Source: Candidatus Micrarchaeota archaeon (GTDB lineage: Archaea; Micrarchaeota; Micrarchaeia; Micrarchaeales; CABMGC01). Taken from it: DNA of 33,488 bases. This document shows, one piece after another, positions 16,320 through 24,684 of the stretch; within the stretch, counting starts at the first letter, position 1, and every line of letters begins with the position of its first letter. The notes beneath the pieces are model-generated. The model had not been told where the DNA came from and made no database searches. It was given only the letters and a program-made list of their open reading frames with translations. The DNA lies in assembly GCA_030040595.1 (NCBI GenBank), contig JASHTL010000098.1, forward strand, positions 1 through 33,488. Reading direction: 5' to 3'. A program made the translations under genes and the position numbers.

Positions 16320-17927
16320 GTGCCAACAAAATATGTAGTGGTATTGGGTTCCTTGCTGAGCGGACTCGGCAAGGGCGTAGTCACTTCTTCTATACTGAGA
16401 ATACTCGATTTCTACAACTACAAGGCCCTTCCGGTTAAGTTTGACGGATACCTGAATTTTGATTGCGGAACCATGAACCCATTCCAGCACGGCGAGGTCT
16501 TTGTGCTCGATGACAAGAGCGAGGTTGACATGGATTTCGGGATTTATGAGCGCTTCCTGAACAAAGACCTGACCGGCGACTTATCGATAACAGGGGGCAA
16601 GCTCCTTGGTGCAATCATATCGAAGGAGAGGCAGGGAGGCTACCTGGGCCAGACCGTGCAGATAATACCCCACCTGACTAATGAGATCATAAGCAGAATA
16701 GAGAAGCTCTCCGACGAGAAGAAGCCCGACGTTCTGATAATAGAGGTAGGCGGAACAGTAGGCGACATAGAGAACAGCTATTTCATAGAGGCAATGCGGC
16801 AGCTTGCGCTGAAGCACGAGGTCGTGTTCATCAACCTCACGTACCTGCCTACGCTGGATGTTGTGGGCGAGCAGAAGACGAAGCCGGCGCAGATAGGTGT
16901 AAGGCTGATACTCCAGGACGGAATAAGGACCAATTTCATAATATGCAGGAGCCAGACCGCGCTTCTGGAGAGCACAAAGGAGAAGCTGGCCCTTTTCGCC
17001 AACCTGAGCAAGGAGAGGATAATAGACGACAAGGACCAGCAGACCCTGTACAACCTGCCGCTGCACTTCATGGACGTCGGCTTCGACAGGCTTCTTCTCA
17101 AGGACCTAGGCTTGCAACTGCGACAGCCAAACAAGAAAAAGATAGCAGAGTGGAAGGAGAATGTCAAGCGCACGATCTCGCCGAAACACGAGGTGAACAT
17201 TGCAGTGGTAGGGAAGTACACGCATCTTCATGATTCCTATGCCAGCGTGAAAGAGGCATTGATACACGCGGGCGCGAAGACGGACACGCGGGCAAACGTT
17301 ACGTGGATTGAGTCAACCGACTATGATGACGGCAAGGGCGATTACAATATTTTCAAGAAGATGCACGGAGTCGTAGTCACAGGCGGATTCGGGTCCAGGG
17401 GCACGGAAGGTATGATCAACATAATAAAGCATGCCAGGACTAACAACATACCGTACCTCGGGCTCTGCCTAGGCATGCAGCTTATGGTTGTAGAGTATGC
17501 AAGGAACATGGCAGGGCTTGCTGGCGCAAACTCTTCGGAGCTTGACCCGAAGACGAAGCACAAGCTGATAGTGCTTCTCGACTCGCAGAAGCGCATAACT
17601 GCCAAGGGCGGCACAATGAGACTGGGAGCCCAGGAATGCCTGCTTCCTGACAAGGACTCGGTGGCGTACAAGGCCTATGGAAAGAGCCCGATAAGCGAGA
17701 GGCACAGGCACCGCTACGAGTTCAACAACAACTACAGGAAGATACTCACAGATAAGGGGTTGAAGATAACCGGGCTTACCACGGACAGGAAGCTTGTAGA
17801 ATTCGTCGAATGGTCTTCGGGATTCGGCATAGGCACGCAATCGCATCCGGAGCTTAAGTCGAGGTTTGAGTCCCCAGCGCCTCTCTTTGTGAGCCTGATC
17901 GAAGCGGCGAAGTCACGTAACGTATGA
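16320..17927 (+). CDS. pyrG: CTP synthase
   Basis: N-terminal KYVVVLGSLLSGLGKGVVTSS, glutaminase GLCLGMQ (catalytic Cys) and HRHRYEFN. 535 aa. GTG start. Confidence 0.97.
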   Translation: MPTKYVVVLGSLLSGLGKGVVTSSILRILDFYNYKALPVKFDGYLNFDCGTMNPFQHGEVFVLDDKSEVDMDFGIYERFLNKDLTGDLSITGGKLLGAIISKERQGGYLGQTVQIIPHLTNEIISRIEKLSDEKKPDVLIIEVGGTVGDIENSYFIEAMRQLALKHEVVFINLTYLPTLDVVGEQKTKPAQIGVRLILQDGIRTNFIICRSQTALLESTKEKLALFANLSKERIIDDKDQQTLYNLPLHFMDVGFDRLLLKDLGLQLRQPNKKKIAEWKENVKRTISPKHEVNIAVVGKYTHLHDSYASVKEALIHAGAKTDTRANVTWIESTDYDDGKGDYNIFKKMHGVVVTGGFGSRGTEGMINIIKHARTNNIPYLGLCLGMQLMVVEYARNMAGLAGANSSELDPKTKHKLIVLLDSQKRITAKGGTMRLGAQECLLPDKDSVAYKAYGKSPISERHRHRYEFNNNYRKILTDKGLKITGLTTDRKLVEFVEWSSGFGIGTQSHPELKSRFESPAPLFVSLIEAAKSRNV

Positions 17928-18617
17928 CTTTAGCAGGGCTACCGCCTGCTTTGTGCTTGCCTTTGACTTGCCGAACTTTCTGTTGCCGAAGCTGTACTTT
18001 ACCTCGGATATTCTGACATTTTCTGCAGAGTCTATGGATTTCAGCAGGTCGAACAAGACCTTGTAGCCTTCTCCAACGAAGCGCCTCCTGTTTTTTGATA
18101 TTATTCCGGCAGCGGCGGCCCTCCGGACCCCGAAGAATCCAGAGAATATGTCTGCCGTTACCTTCTTTCCGTTGATGAACAATACCATGTAGCCTATGCC
18201 GCCAAGCGTACGCGAGATTAGCTTCCTGTATAATGGCCAGTCAAGAACGCGTTCCCTTACTGCAACGACTATGCCGTATCCCTTGGAAAGCTCCTTGTGT
18301 ATCTCCTTTATCTTCTCAGGCGGATGCTGCAGGTCAGCGTCCATCACTATGACGAACTTTGTCCTGCTCTCCATTATGCCATCGACAATGCTCGCCGTCA
18401 GGCCTGGGGCCCTGCCAAGCGTTTTCCTGTCAAGCGTGCGTATTTTACCCCTGGCAGAGAATTTGTCAAGGGTGTGCAGCGTGCCGTCCCTTGAGCCGTC
18501 ATCTACCACGAATATGTTTATGCCCTTGTACAGGCTTAGCACCTTCCTGACAAGGATCGGCAGTGTCTCACGCTCGTTGAGCGTTGGAATGACCAGGGTA
18601 GTGTCCGAGTATTCCAT
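17913..18617 (-). CDS. GT2-family glycosyltransferase, polyprenol/dolichol-phosphate hexosyltransferase (Dpm1-like)
   Basis: LVIPTLNERETLP, FVVDDGSRDGT and VMDADLQHPP (DxD region typical of Dpm1-like enzymes). The 3' end overlaps the pyrG 3' end by 15 nt. Confidence 0.88.
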   Translation of the reverse strand: MEYSDTTLVIPTLNERETLPILVRKVLSLYKGINIFVVDDGSRDGTLHTLDKFSARGKIRTLDRKTLGRAPGLTASIVDGIMESRTKFVIVMDADLQHPPEKIKEIHKELSKGYGIVVAVRERVLDWPLYRKLISRTLGGIGYMVLFINGKKVTADIFSGFFGVRRAAAAGIISKNRRRFVGEGYKVLFDLLKSIDSAENVRISEVKYSFGNRKFGKSKASTKQAVALLKSYVT

Positions 18618-18623
18618 GCTCCA

Positions 18624-20243
18624 TCACACGCAGATCTCTACGTACCTCATATACCACTTGACAGGCTCCCTTATTATAGGCAGTTTTGATGTTGCATCCC
18701 TTATGCTGGCAGTGTCATTCTTGTTCAGGGTGCCTGTGATTGCGGCTATCCAAGGGTATGCCAACAGGGTGACTATCGCGCCAGCGACAAGCTCTCCCGC
18801 AAGCACGATGTTTCTTGTAGAGCCAGCCGTCAGCAGATAAAGGCCGAAGAGCACTGCTGCGAGCACTATTGCGAGCACCACGTTGCTAAGGAAGATCCTA
18901 ATTATCTTCCCGTGGTCGAATCTCACGCCAAAGAGCCGGCGGGCGCCGCCTACGAAGAGTATCACCGAAACGATGTTCCCTATTATGAATATCGAAATTA
19001 TCGCGCCATATACTGCGATGTTGTTTCCGTATGCGTTGAGCACTGGAACAAGGACAATTATCGAGAGGACCTCCGCCAGCGCGACTCCGGCGTTGTACTT
19101 CAGCACCTTGAATGTGGCCCCTTTTGAGACTATAAGGCTGCTTATGAAAAGGCTCACCGTATTTAGTACCGCTCCGACCATTATCAGGGAGAGATACGAA
19201 GGCGCATAGGAGTAGCTCTTCGAGAGGAAGAGGTAGACTGCAGGCATTGCGAAGACGCCGACGAATACGAGGAGGGGCAGTATCAGGTTCAGCGAGTAAC
19301 CGAGCACCTTGTTATACGTTTCGTGGAGCCTCTTCTTGGTGCGTTCAATTCCTGCCGTGGAAAAAGCTGGAAGAAGCACGTTGTTTATGCTGTTGTGCAG
19401 CAGTATTACCGCTGTCAGGCCCTGCAGAGCAGCGCCGTAATTCCCAAGGAATATCTCTGGCACGAAGAGCCCGAGAAAGAGTATGGAGAAGTTCTGCATG
19501 CCGTTGTTGAGCATATTGTTTACGCCGACTGGGAAGGCGAACTTTGCGGTGGACACGAGTTCCCTCCTTGTGGGCCTTACAAGCGATATGCGCCCGTTCT
19601 TGCTTAATGAGATGTACATGAAGGATGCGCCAGCTGCTGCGCTCACAACGTATCCCAGCAGCATGCCTGCGAGAACTCCCTCCACTCCGAACCCGAGAAG
19701 GAATAATCCCACGCTCGCAAACAGCTGCACTATGTTTCCGAACACTCCAGTAAATGAGGAGTACGCGCCCTTGCCTAATCCTATGAGCGCCTGCATCTCC
19801 ACGGACTGCGCCATTACGAAGAAGATCATGAGCGATGACGTTATCAGCGTTATCTCGGGTATCTTCAGCCCTGCGTAGATGGTGTTCGCAAGGTAGCCGC
19901 TCAGTCCCAGCGCCAATAGCGTGATTAGTATGGCAGAGACCATGAATATCAGCAACGCCGATGAGAGAACGCGCATCATCTGTTCCCTGTCCTGCTTGAA
20001 CGCCCATATTGCGAAGTGCCTGCTCAGATACGCGCCTATGCCGAGTCCGCCCACCGCGTCGATGAACGAGGCGTAGCCGAATGCGAACGTGTACTGGCCG
20101 TAGAGGTACGGCTGCAGAAGCCTGGCCAGGAGCACTATGGTTATTCCTGTCAGCACTATGCTGATTATCTGGCCTATAAGAACAGCGGAGAGTACTCTTG
20201 CGGTTCGCCTTCCCAGGCCGTCTGCATTTTTATCTGTGGCCAT
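18624..20243 (-). CDS. polysaccharide/oligosaccharide flippase (MOP superfamily, Wzx-like)
   Basis: 539 aa with about 14 hydrophobic helices. The N-terminal ...VLSAVLIGQIISIVLTGITIVLLARLL pattern is typical of polysaccharide biosynthesis (Wzx/RfbX-like) proteins. Located in an operon with glycosyltransferases. Confidence 0.8.
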   Translation of the reverse strand: MATDKNADGLGRRTARVLSAVLIGQIISIVLTGITIVLLARLLQPYLYGQYTFAFGYASFIDAVGGLGIGAYLSRHFAIWAFKQDREQMMRVLSSALLIFMVSAILITLLALGLSGYLANTIYAGLKIPEITLITSSLMIFFVMAQSVEMQALIGLGKGAYSSFTGVFGNIVQLFASVGLFLLGFGVEGVLAGMLLGYVVSAAAGASFMYISLSKNGRISLVRPTRRELVSTAKFAFPVGVNNMLNNGMQNFSILFLGLFVPEIFLGNYGAALQGLTAVILLHNSINNVLLPAFSTAGIERTKKRLHETYNKVLGYSLNLILPLLVFVGVFAMPAVYLFLSKSYSYAPSYLSLIMVGAVLNTVSLFISSLIVSKGATFKVLKYNAGVALAEVLSIIVLVPVLNAYGNNIAVYGAIISIFIIGNIVSVILFVGGARRLFGVRFDHGKIIRIFLSNVVLAIVLAAVLFGLYLLTAGSTRNIVLAGELVAGAIVTLLAYPWIAAITGTLNKNDTASIRDATSKLPIIREPVKWYMRYVEICV

Positions 20244-20256
20244 TTAATCTTGGTCT

Positions 20257-22584
20257 CTATGTGGTTCTCGTGACGGTGACGTTCTTGATCCCGTATACGA
20301 TATACGGAGACGGCAGGAATGTATTGTTCTGCGCGTAGAACACAACCTGGTTGTATCCCCTGCTCACATTGAAGCTTACCCCGTACTCCGATTCGTTCTC
20401 ATTGACAGTAAGGGAGCCGAACTGGACATTGTTCAGGTAGAGTAATACGTCCGTGCCGTTGATAGGGGCCTCTGCGGTTAGGTTCATTGTAACCCTCATG
20501 CTGTTGGGCGAGTAGATCCCTATCCCGCGCTCGTTTGTGCCCCACCATAGGGTACCGAACGTGGAGTTGCACGACTCGCCGCTGCAAAAGCTATAGCCGG
20601 GTATCCATGTGCCTATAGAATATGCAGTGAGCGCCTTGTTGGCGTGTTCCAGAATCGCGTTCTTTGTCTGGAAGACGAAAGTGCTGTTGTCCACGTAGAG
20701 CGGAGTTCCGAAGGTATCGTACAGATAGTTGTACAGCGTCGCCTGTTCTGATAGGTTGTATGCGCTCCTTGTCACGGTAACGAACTGCGTGTCGTAGTTC
20801 TCGACCCAGAGGAGCGTCTCGTTGGTGACGTTACCAATGACTGGAGAGGGGAAGATAAGGCCATAGCCCTCCTCAAGGTATCCTGCCGCAGATGCCAGCG
20901 GCACGGCCTCGGCAGAGTATACCTGCGTGTCGTTCTCCCTGCTCGTGTACCCGCCTATTATCGGCTTGCCGTTCATTGCAGCAGAATCGTACATTGCCAC
21001 GCTCGGATAGAATTCCGGCGAGGTCGAATTCGTGTTAAGTACTATAGGCAGAATCAACACGGAGAAATTGCCCTGAATGTCGCCTATCTGGTAGTACGCC
21101 TTGGATATAGTAGCGTTGAGAAGCAGTGATTGTGCGAATTGCGAAGAGAGCGGCATCCCGTTGTACTCGACCATTATGAGTACGAAGAATACGGCTGCAA
21201 GAATCGTCGTCTTTCTCCTGTCCATCTTCTCTGACAGGTACGCAAAGCCCATCGCTGCAAGGACTGCGAGGCAGAGAGTCACAAGGGCATCGAACCTGCC
21301 AGGTTCCCTCACTATGTTAAGCAGCGGTATGTTGCTGTAGATCGAGTATATGGCAGGTATGCTTGTGACCGTGCCAAGAACCTGCAGGTAAGGCCCGAGG
21401 GAGAGCCATCCGAATATGAGAAGGAGAATGAGCCAGAGCGCCGTGTTGGCAAGCCTGTGCTTCTTGAAATCGAAGTAAAGGGCCACAATGGCAAGGAAGA
21501 GCACCGAGTATCCCAGGTATGAGACCTTCTCGGTGATGTCAGAAGTATAGATGACGTTCTGGTATATCAGCCCGTATATTGCATTGTAATATGACTGTGA
21601 AATGTTGCTGAAGATGCCGTTGTAGTAGCTGGGCAGGAAATAAGATGCGAGGTTGTCGCTCCAGAGCATCTGGTTCACGGTCCCGGAAAGCTGGCTCGCC
21701 GTTGACTGCGTGGATGGCGAGATGAGTCCCAGGGTGATCGGCACGAGGAACGGGCTTCCTACGACGAGTATTATCGCACACATTTCTGCCAGTAGCAAGA
21801 TAGTTCCTCTGTTCAGTAACGCGGTCTTTCTCTTCAGCAGCAGGTATACTAGAATCGCAAGCACTACGAATACGATGGTGAGCACTCCCTGCAGGGGGTC
21901 TCCGAAGAAGACGACGAAAAGGAATGAGAGCGCGGAGCCGACCACATACAGCTGCCTCTTCTCCTTGATCATCAGTATGAACAGGAGAATGAAGAGGGGT
22001 ATGAACTCGATCGAGGCCCAATTGAGATGGCCTATTGATTGCGCGATGTGCATAGGGCTGTACGCAAATACGAGGCTGCCTATGAACGATGCGTACTTGT
22101 TTCCCGTGAGATATAACAGCAGCATGAAAGTAAAGAGCCCGGATAGTATGAAACCGAGAAGGAAGATGACGTTGTATGCGAATGCAAGGCTGACGGCCTG
22201 GAAAGGAGCGCTCAGGATGCCTGCCAAGGGCGATAGGTCCTGGGTGACCAGGTTGGCTCCTATGGGAAAGAAGATGGAGTAGGTGAAATACGGGAGCGTA
22301 TGCAGATAGAAGATCGAATAAGGGGCCCACCAGAGATTCCACATGCTCTGATACGAGTCGCTTGAGCCGTTCGGAACATATGACGTTATGTTCGGGACGA
22401 GGTACCAGAACATGACAAGCGTGATTATGGTGTAAATGACGAAAACCGTAAGATAAAGCCTGAACCTGTCGCTCTTGGTGTATCTTACCACCGACTCGAG
22501 AACCCCCTTCTTCTGCTGCGCATGATGGTGCTGTTGTGGGGGTGCCTGAACCTCTGCGTGGCTTTCTTCACTCAACAAAATCAC
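20257..22584 (-). CDS. large polytopic membrane protein with a C-terminal extracytoplasmic domain; GT-C-like / YfhO- or PTPS-related-type putative glycosyltransferase
   Basis: 775 aa: about 480 aa of TM helices followed by a roughly 296 aa soluble tail. This architecture is typical of GT-C enzymes. No AglB WWDYG motif is present. GTG start (the first ATG lies inside TM1). Confidence refers to the CDS; the function is about 0.4. Confidence 0.8.
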   Translation of the reverse strand: MILLSEESHAEVQAPPQQHHHAQQKKGVLESVVRYTKSDRFRLYLTVFVIYTIITLVMFWYLVPNITSYVPNGSSDSYQSMWNLWWAPYSIFYLHTLPYFTYSIFFPIGANLVTQDLSPLAGILSAPFQAVSLAFAYNVIFLLGFILSGLFTFMLLLYLTGNKYASFIGSLVFAYSPMHIAQSIGHLNWASIEFIPLFILLFILMIKEKRQLYVVGSALSFLFVVFFGDPLQGVLTIVFVVLAILVYLLLKRKTALLNRGTILLLAEMCAIILVVGSPFLVPITLGLISPSTQSTASQLSGTVNQMLWSDNLASYFLPSYYNGIFSNISQSYYNAIYGLIYQNVIYTSDITEKVSYLGYSVLFLAIVALYFDFKKHRLANTALWLILLLIFGWLSLGPYLQVLGTVTSIPAIYSIYSNIPLLNIVREPGRFDALVTLCLAVLAAMGFAYLSEKMDRRKTTILAAVFFVLIMVEYNGMPLSSQFAQSLLLNATISKAYYQIGDIQGNFSVLILPIVLNTNSTSPEFYPSVAMYDSAAMNGKPIIGGYTSRENDTQVYSAEAVPLASAAGYLEEGYGLIFPSPVIGNVTNETLLWVENYDTQFVTVTRSAYNLSEQATLYNYLYDTFGTPLYVDNSTFVFQTKNAILEHANKALTAYSIGTWIPGYSFCSGESCNSTFGTLWWGTNERGIGIYSPNSMRVTMNLTAEAPINGTDVLLYLNNVQFGSLTVNENESEYGVSFNVSRGYNQVVFYAQNNTFLPSPYIVYGIKNVTVTRTT

Positions 22585-22638
22585 TTGACAAATAGTGACT
22601 GATATCTTTTCTCAACACTAAATTAAAAAGGTGCTTGC

Positions 22639-23328
22639 TCATTGGCTGAACCTTAGTCTGAAGACGGCCTTCAGGAAGAGGTAGATGTCCTTGTTCCTCA
22701 CCTTCGTCTCCCTGTGCTCCTTCCACTCAACCGGCAGTTCGTACGGCATTATCCCGTCCCGCTGCGCCAGGATCAGCATCTCGGTATCGAAGAACCAGTG
22801 GTTGTCCTTTATGCGTTTTGCAAGGTTCTTCGCATAATTCCTCTCAAGGAACTTGAACCCGCACTGGTGGTCCTTCACCCTCGACTGGAAGACGGCGAAG
22901 AGGAGCAGGTTGTATCCGGAGCTGAGAAAATGCCGCCAGAAGGTCCTCCTGATGTCCGAACCCTTTGCATAGCGCGACCCGGTAAGTATCTTCTGGCCCC
23001 CTTCCACTTTGCTCACGGCAATTGGCAGATACGAGAGCGGCACAGAGAGATCTATATCCATGTACCCTACCACATCGCCCTTCGCTACCTGTATTGATCT
23101 CTTTAGCGCGCCGCCTCTCCCGCTCTTATCCGGCCTGCTCAGCACCATGACATTGGGTAGCCTTCCGAACTTTTCCGCAAGCTCCTTTGATCCGTCTGTG
23201 GAGCCGTCCTCTGCTATTATTATCTCGAAGCTGCCGAGCTTCTTCGCGGCCGAGTAGATCTTCGGGAAGTTGGCCTTGAGGTTCCTCCGCTCATTGTACA
23301 CAGGTAGTATTATGGTTGCCCTTGTCAT
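22639..23328 (-). CDS. GT2-family glycosyltransferase
   Basis: IILPVYNERRNL, IIIAEDGSTDGS and YMDIDLSVP. The track start at 23355 is TTG; the ATG at 23328 (MTRATIILPVYNE) is preferred. Confidence 0.88.
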   Translation of the reverse strand: MTRATIILPVYNERRNLKANFPKIYSAAKKLGSFEIIIAEDGSTDGSKELAEKFGRLPNVMVLSRPDKSGRGGALKRSIQVAKGDVVGYMDIDLSVPLSYLPIAVSKVEGGQKILTGSRYAKGSDIRRTFWRHFLSSGYNLLLFAVFQSRVKDHQCGFKFLERNYAKNLAKRIKDNHWFFDTEMLILAQRDGIMPYELPVEWKEHRETKVRNKDIYLFLKAVFRLRFSQ

Positions 23329-23397
23329 GCGAATCAGTAGCTGGCCAGTGCGCAAGGCGCGACGCGCCTGCGACTATAGGAACAGATATCGCACATT

Positions 23398-23409
23398 AAG
23401 CTTATAAAG
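23398..23409. promoter_or_regulatory. TATA-like box AAGCTTATAAAG, orientation ambiguous
   Basis: The plus-strand reading matches the AAGC-TTTAWATA pattern of the other promoters. The minus-strand reading CTTTATAAGCTT could serve the glycosylation operon, whose ATG (23328) is 72 nt away. Confidence 0.35.
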
Positions 23410-23482
23410 AGCAGGCAGTAGGAGCGCACGGAAATGGCGCATGCATCGCCATAATTCCTATTGTTATTGACGAACTTTGCAG

Positions 23483-23498
23483 AAAAGCTTTAAATAGG
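23483..23498 (+). promoter_or_regulatory. BRE/TATA promoter box AAAAGCTTTAAATAGG
   Basis: Strong match to archaeal BRE + TATA and to the hppA box. The predicted TSS is near 23520, about 105 nt upstream of the TRAM ATG. Confidence 0.45.
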
Positions 23499-23625
23499 TG
23501 AATGGAAGCAATACCATATTGGGCGTAAAAAGGCTGAGACCATAGTCAAGGCCGTGGGTTCAAGGGGATAAGTAGATATACTTCACTAACAAGCATTAGT
23601 GCAAAAAATATTGGGTGAATTGGGA

Positions 23626-23868
23626 ATGGAATTTGGGGTAAAGGAGCTAGAGGAGGGTGGAACATATCAGGTCCGTGTTGACGCGAAGAATCCGAAGGGC
23701 GAAGGCATAGGCAAGATAAACGACATAGTGGTCTTCATCAGGAACGCAAAGGCGCGGTCCGGGAAGACGTACACGGTGAAGATAACGAAATTGCACAGGA
23801 CTTTCGCGTATGCTGAGCTGCTTGAGAATAGTAAGTATTTTATAGGTAATGGTAGCTTAATAGTGTAA
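23626..23868 (+). CDS. small TRAM-domain RNA-binding protein
   Basis: GGTYQVRVDAKNPKGEGIGKINDIVVFIRNAKARSGKTYTVKITKLHRTFAYAELLE is the classic stand-alone archaeal TRAM pattern. GGTGA lies 7 nt upstream of the ATG at 23626 (the track start at 23599 is GTG). Confidence 0.85.
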   Translation: MEFGVKELEEGGTYQVRVDAKNPKGEGIGKINDIVVFIRNAKARSGKTYTVKITKLHRTFAYAELLENSKYFIGNGSLIV

Positions 23869-23870
23869 GG

Positions 23871-23890
23871 TTATTTTCTTTTGTTAATTT
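23871..23890 (+). terminator. oligo-T tracts (TTATTTTCTTTTGTTAATTT) right after the TRAM stop
   Basis: Two T4 runs within 15 nt of the stop codon. Archaeal termination typically uses oligo-T. Confidence 0.35.
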
Positions 23891-23980
23891 CATAACTCTC
23901 ATCCAGAGGACTAAATGGGTTAATAGTCCTACGACCGAAACGATATCTAACGTTAGTTATTGTGCTTATAGGTGCAACTT

Positions 23981-24616
23981 ATGGACAAAGATTTCTACGA
24001 ATCAGTGAAAAAGGGTACGACCACTCTCGGCATAGTCTGCTCGGATGGCGTTGTGATAGGCTCTGACATGCGCGCTTCCATGGATACGTTCATAGCCAGC
24101 ACGGAGGCGATCAAGATCTACAGGATCAGCGAGAACCTTGGCATAACCATAGCAGGAGGCGTAGGCGACGCTGAGTATCTGGTCAAGATACTCAAGGTCC
24201 AGAACGAGATGTACATGATGGACGAGGGCAAGACGCTCTCGCCTACAGCAGCCACATCGCTCCTCTCGCTCATACTCCAGGAGAACAAGATGTTCCCTTA
24301 TCTTGTGCAGCTGATACTTGCGGGCTTAAACAGCAAGGGAGCCTCGGAGCTCTACAACATAGACCCGCTTGGCGGCTACACGAAGGAGAGCAAGTTCACT
24401 GCTACAGGAAGCGGCTCGCTTACCGCGCTTGGCTATATAGAGGGAATATACACCCCGGAGATAACCACTACAGACGCGGTCAGGCATGTGCTCAAGGGCC
24501 TGCGCATAGCCATGAGGCGCGATTCGGCAACAGGCGACGGCACTCGCGTGGTCTCCATAACAAAGAAGGGCTACAGGGAATACTCAAAGGAGGAGCTTGA
24601 GAAGCTGCCAAAGTGA
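23981..24616 (+). CDS. psmB: proteasome subunit beta
   Basis: Short propeptide followed by G|TTTLGIVCSDGVVIGSDMRAS (active-site Thr1, Asp17, Lys33 context). GGTG lies 6 nt upstream of the ATG at 23981 (the track start at 23972 is GTG). Confidence 0.95.
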   Translation: MDKDFYESVKKGTTTLGIVCSDGVVIGSDMRASMDTFIASTEAIKIYRISENLGITIAGGVGDAEYLVKILKVQNEMYMMDEGKTLSPTAATSLLSLILQENKMFPYLVQLILAGLNSKGASELYNIDPLGGYTKESKFTATGSGSLTALGYIEGIYTPEITTTDAVRHVLKGLRIAMRRDSATGDGTRVVSITKKGYREYSKEELEKLPK

Positions 24617-24626
24617 AAACGGTGCG

Positions 24627-24648
24627 TGCGGCCGCAGGCAGGGCCGCA
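24627..24648 (+). other. GC-rich stem-loop TGCGGCC-(8 nt)-GGCCGCA between psmB and the aCPSF1 gene
   Basis: Perfect 7 bp inverted repeat starting 11 nt after the psmB stop, read from the sequence. Confidence 0.3.
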
Positions 24649-24684
24649 AAGAACAGGAGCGACACGATTCTTAGTGTGATTTGA

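Noticed and set aside
19345-20007. 220-codon same-strand alternative-frame ORF inside the flippase gene (and a similar 267-codon one at 21539-22342 inside the GT-C-like gene)
   Set aside because: Arg/His/Pro/Gly-rich products typical of off-frame reading. The annotated frames encode regular TM helices.
23553-23568. GTGGGTTCAAGGGGAT, a T-loop-like string suggesting a tRNA
   Set aside because: There is no complementary T-stem, acceptor stem or anticodon arm around it on either strand. No canonical GGTTCRAATCC occurs anywhere in the window.
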